Part shown: positions 60,710-64,000 of the stretch, piece after piece
Numbering within the stretch: the stretch's first letter is position 1
Layout of the letters: each line of letters starts with the position of its first letter
From: Sulfuricurvum sp.
GTDB taxonomy: Bacteria > Campylobacterota > Campylobacteria > Campylobacterales > Sulfurimonadaceae
Reading direction: 5' to 3'
Assembly: GCA_028718525.1 (NCBI GenBank)
Contig: JAQULP010000001.1
Coordinates: 1,406-65,405, forward strand
Length of the DNA stretch: 64,000 nucleotides
Position numbers and translations under genes: made by a program
Notes under the pieces: model-generated
The model's input: the letters and a program-made list of their open reading frames with translations, nothing else
Told to the model about the DNA's origin: nothing
The model's database searches: none

Positions 60710-61849
60710 TTATCCACGTAACGCTTGCCAGAGTTTAATGGCCTGAGAATGCTCTTTGACATCATGTACACGTACAATCGAAGCACCCTCTTCGATCGCT
60801 TTCAGATGGATTGCCAACGTTCCGGCTAAACGTTCATCACTCGATGAGGGATCGATAGCATTAATGAATGATTTACGGCTTGCGCCGACTAAGAGTTTTT
60901 TTCCCAAACGGACAAAATGACTTTGATGGGTAATCAGGGAGAGATTATCTTCCAGGCGCTTTCCAAAGCCGATCCCGCAATCCAAAATGATCTCTTTGAT
61001 CCCGTATTTTTCCCCTTTTTCAATCCGTTCCCGAAAAAATTGTTCAACTTCATTGAGTACTGAGGAGTACGACGGATTTTCCTGCATATTTTGCGGATTC
61101 CCTTTCATATGCATAATGACTGCGGTCGCTCCATAACGGCCGCACAATTGGGCAACCTCATCATTGGCCAATCCGGTAATATCATTGACGATTCCAAACC
61201 CTCTTTCCAATGCATAGTGAATGACTTTTGGCTCATAGCTGTCTAAACTAAAGACAGCTTTTTCATAAAGGCGTTCGTGATAAAGAGCATCAATAATCGG
61301 GCGGACACGGGAGAGCTCCTCATCAGCACTTACCGCCAGACTCCCCGGACGGCTGGAGACACCGCCGAGATCGATTATATCGGCCCCATCCGCAATCATC
61401 GTCTCTATCCGTTCGATCGCGGTATTCCCTTGAAAACGGCTGGCATGATAAAAACTGTCATCATTGGCATTCACAATCCCCATGATTGAGATCGCAGCCG
61501 GAAATTTTGCGTGTCCGAAAGATTCCAACTCGGATGAGAGCTGTTTTAAACCAAAAGGCTGAGCTTTCTCCTTTTTGGCAAGCTGCTGAAGTTGACGTTC
61601 AGTTGCGATTAACAAAGCATCAACACGAGGAATCGATGCAGTTACCGTCCCTTTCGGTACGGCCAAATCAGCACCGATACTTAATGCATCCTGTTTAAGG
61701 ATATTTGCCGCTCCGACATGTAAATCACGGATGCGGATCAGATGTATTTGACCTTTGTCCTCCAAAATCTCCACACCGCCGCCATCAACCCCGAGAGCTT
61801 TTAATTCACGACGCAAATCAATCGTATTGGAGAGTTTTTCAACGAACAC
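60710..61849 (-). CDS. folP: Dihydropteroate synthase with Campylobacterota-type N-terminal extension
   Basis: IMGIVN.N.DSF, D.GGVSSRPG, D.GIGFGK, GASRKS and RVHDV. Confidence 0.95.
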   Translation of the reverse strand: MFVEKLSNTIDLRRELKALGVDGGGVEILEDKGQIHLIRIRDLHVGAANILKQDALSIGADLAVPKGTVTASIPRVDALLIATERQLQQLAKKEKAQPFGLKQLSSELESFGHAKFPAAISIMGIVNANDDSFYHASRFQGNTAIERIETMIADGADIIDLGGVSSRPGSLAVSADEELSRVRPIIDALYHERLYEKAVFSLDSYEPKVIHYALERGFGIVNDITGLANDEVAQLCGRYGATAVIMHMKGNPQNMQENPSYSSVLNEVEQFFRERIEKGEKYGIKEIILDCGIGFGKRLEDNLSLITHQSHFVRLGKKLLVGASRKSFINAIDPSSSDERLAGTLAIHLKAIEEGASIVRVHDVKEHSQAIKLWQALRG

Positions 61850-62462
61850 GTTTCACCTCTTTGAGAAAATTCATCAAGACCATCACCAATACGCTTTGAA
61901 AACGGCTGTTAAGTTCAATAAGGCGGAGCCCTTTTTCAAATCCTTCGAGTTGAACGGTAGTAAGCGAAAGGTTTTCGATATGAATCGCCTGGTACATCAG
62001 CTGTTCAATCAATCCTTTTGCCTCATGTTTTTTCAGTCGGTCATGTTCTTTTACAAAGGTAAACAACCCTGAGAGATCAAGATTTTTCAGCGAAACGGGA
62101 AGTGTTTCATAGTGACGTTGTTGATGTTCCTGGGTTAGGTTAAGACGTGAACGGACGGTCGGAAGAAACGTGCTCTTATTCGGTGCCACCAAGATAAATA
62201 CAATATTTCTGGGAGGTTCTTCCAGGATTTTCAGCAAGGCATTTTGAGCAGGGACGGTGAAACTTTTGGCCCCGAGGATCAGCGTTTTTCTGTTTTCTTC
62301 ACTTTTATAGGCTTCGGCAATAACTTCTTTTGCATCTTCTATTTTAAAATCATCCCGAATAAAGAGAACCGAACGAAGAGGCAAAAGGGAAACTTCAATC
62401 TCTTTTGCACGCTCTTCAATATCACCGGTGATAAGGATACCGCCCCGATCATTCGCGAACAT
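61839..62462 (-). CDS. holB: DNA polymerase III delta' subunit (short form)
   Basis: AQNALLKILEEPP, LPTVRSR; ATG 62462 after GGGGAG; lysC-hobA-holB-folP order. Confidence 0.88.
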   Translation of the reverse strand: MFANDRGGILITGDIEERAKEIEVSLLPLRSVLFIRDDFKIEDAKEVIAEAYKSEENRKTLILGAKSFTVPAQNALLKILEEPPRNIVFILVAPNKSTFLPTVRSRLNLTQEHQQRHYETLPVSLKNLDLSGLFTFVKEHDRLKKHEAKGLIEQLMYQAIHIENLSLTTVQLEGFEKGLRLIELNSRFQSVLVMVLMNFLKEVKRVR

Positions 62463-62997
62463 TGATCTCCCCGAATAAAACCGCATTGAGCGTTTTATCA
62501 AACAGACGGTAAAGCTGCAGCAGTTTAATATCGATTAATGGGTCATGCGAACGGAGAACCAAAGCGTTTTGAAACCGTTCATCCATAATCCATAGTAAAC
62601 TGTTGGTATTGCGTTTAGAAATATCGGCACGCCGATCATCACCGCGACCGATATACCAAAAGAAATATTCACCCTTGAAGGTAAGGTCAAGCATGTCACT
62701 CAGCATATCAATCGATTCTCCCCCATTAATATGATCATAATGGGGATAGAGAGTATCCATGCACACAATCGGTATCATCGGGCGATCTTGAGAACGCTTA
62801 TTGAGGGAAGCGATGATATAGCTGGAAAACCATTGTCGATCGTAATCGGTAATGAGGATAAGTGTTTTCCCCGCCATTAATTGATCCATGGCATTAGCAA
62901 GTGCAGGGGTCCATTCAAAACGTTGTTCTTCAAACCAGCTCATCGATGCCCCTTCGGAGCGTATCGATTCTAATGTCCATTGATCAAATTGACGCAC
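62449..62997 (-). CDS. hobA: HobA/DiaA-like DnaA-binding replication initiation regulator
   Basis: QWTLESIR...SWFEE.RFEW, TD..R.WF, RP, DML, FWYIG, LLQLYRLF.KTL.A.LFGE. Confidence 0.88.
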   Translation of the reverse strand: MRQFDQWTLESIRSEGASMSWFEEQRFEWTPALANAMDQLMAGKTLILITDYDRQWFSSYIIASLNKRSQDRPMIPIVCMDTLYPHYDHINGGESIDMLSDMLDLTFKGEYFFWYIGRGDDRRADISKRNTNSLLWIMDERFQNALVLRSHDPLIDIKLLQLYRLFDKTLNAVLFGEINVRE

Positions 62998-64000
62998 TAT
63001 TTATCCAAAGCGTAAGCACTATGCAGCGATCGAACCGACAGCTCCGCATATTTTTCGTCGATGACCATTGATACTTTAATTTCAGAAGTTGAAATCATCA
63101 TAATATTGATATTTTCGTGTGCCATCGTTTGAAACGCTTTTGCCGCCACACCGGTATGCGATTTCATTCCGACACCGACGATCGAAACTTTACAAATATT
63201 TTCATCATAGCTTGCTTCGGAAATTTCATCTTCGGCAATAAACGTTTCAACCACTTTCTTGGCATCAATCAACTCTGTTTTAGGAACCGTAAAATCGAGA
63301 TTGGTTTTACCGTCATGTCCTGAGGTTTGAATAATCATATCGATATTGACACTGTTATCCGCTAAGCGGGTAAAGATATCCGAAGCAATTCCGGGACGGT
63401 CAATTACACCGCTAAGTGATACACGTGCTTGGTTTTTATCTAAAGCGATACCGCTGACAAGTGGTTGTTCCATAATATTCTCTTCCTTTGTAATAAGTGT
63501 CCCTTCCGCATTGGTAAAACTCGAACGGGTTACAAGATTGACATTTAGTTTTTTAGCCAGTTCGACCGAACGGTTTTGAAGAACTTTTGCTCCGAGAGAA
63601 GCGAGTTCAAGCATCTCGTCGTAACTGATCCGCTCCATTTTCTTCGCTTTTGGCTCGATACGCGGATCAGTGGTATAGATACCGTCAACATCGGTATAAA
63701 TCTCACACAAATCGGCTTTTAGCGCTCCGGCAACGGCAACTGCGGAGAGATCCGACCCGCCCCGTCCGAGGGTGGTCACTTGACCGCTTTCGCTTACCCC
63801 CTGAAATCCTGCGACAACAACGACTTTTCCTAGAGCGAGTTCTGCGTGCATGGCTGAAGGGTCAATGCTCTCAATCCGCGCCTTCGTATGAATGCTGTCG
63901 GTCACGATTCCGGCACGACGGCCGCTCATAGAGGTTGCTTTATGTCCCATTGCATTGAGCGCAATCGAAAGAAGCGCTGCCGTAACCCGCTCCCCTGAGC
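62997..64000 (-). CDS. lysC: Aspartate kinase (5' end outside the window)
   Basis: AGFQG, TTLGRGGSD.SA, IYTDVDG.YT.DPR and two ACT domains ending ISTSEIKVS. Confidence 0.96.
   Translation of the reverse strand, partial: SGERVTAALLSIALNAMGHKATSMSGRRAGIVTDSIHTKARIESIDPSAMHAELALGKVVVVAGFQGVSESGQVTTLGRGGSDLSAVAVAGALKADLCEIYTDVDGIYTTDPRIEPKAKKMERISYDEMLELASLGAKVLQNRSVELAKKLNVNLVTRSSFTNAEGTLITKEENIMEQPLVSGIALDKNQARVSLSGVIDRPGIASDIFTRLADNSVNIDMIIQTSGHDGKTNLDFTVPKTELIDAKKVVETFIAEDEISEASYDENICKVSIVGVGMKSHTGVAAKAFQTMAHENINIMMISTSEIKVSMVIDEKYAELSVRSLHSAYALDK

Overview
Core chromosomal window from a chemolithoautotrophic sulfur-cycling Campylobacterota (Epsilonproteobacteria), most like Sulfuricurvum/Sulfurimonas. 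This rests on the aclBA ATP-citrate lyase of the reverse TCA cycle, futalosine-pathway mqnE, fused ispDF followed by an HP1021/CemR-type regulator, and lysC-hobA-holB-folP. I found no rRNA, tRNA, CRISPR array, transposase or integrase. Several signalling and respiratory modules lie between the housekeeping genes: (1) a PrtD/E/F-type type I secretion operon with no substrate nearby; (2) a convergent pair of paralogous membrane GGDEF proteins, each with a periplasmic c-type heme motif and a Cys-rich cytoplasmic GAF-like domain, one with an intact GGEEF and one degenerate (GIDTF); a third c-heme sensor occurs in an MCP; (3) a Tat-exported polysulfide-reductase-like molybdoenzyme operon whose accessory tail includes what looks like a catalytically dead, stand-alone shikimate-dehydrogenase N-terminal domain; (4) two tandem cytoplasmic hybrid histidine kinases with no partner; (5) a stand-alone class III nucleotide cyclase with non-canonical specificity residues, ahead of DNA-binding, HU and NERD-helicase-like genes. 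Features missing from the ORF track are a 33-aa membrane peptide upstream of ktrBA, a probable ATA start codon for ktrB, OmpR/PhoB-type 11-bp repeats upstream of pit and motAB, structured leaders around thiC and mrp (no canonical TPP riboswitch), two probable leaderless genes, and an internal lysC beta-subunit start. All calls come from motif recognition by eye; no database searches were run.
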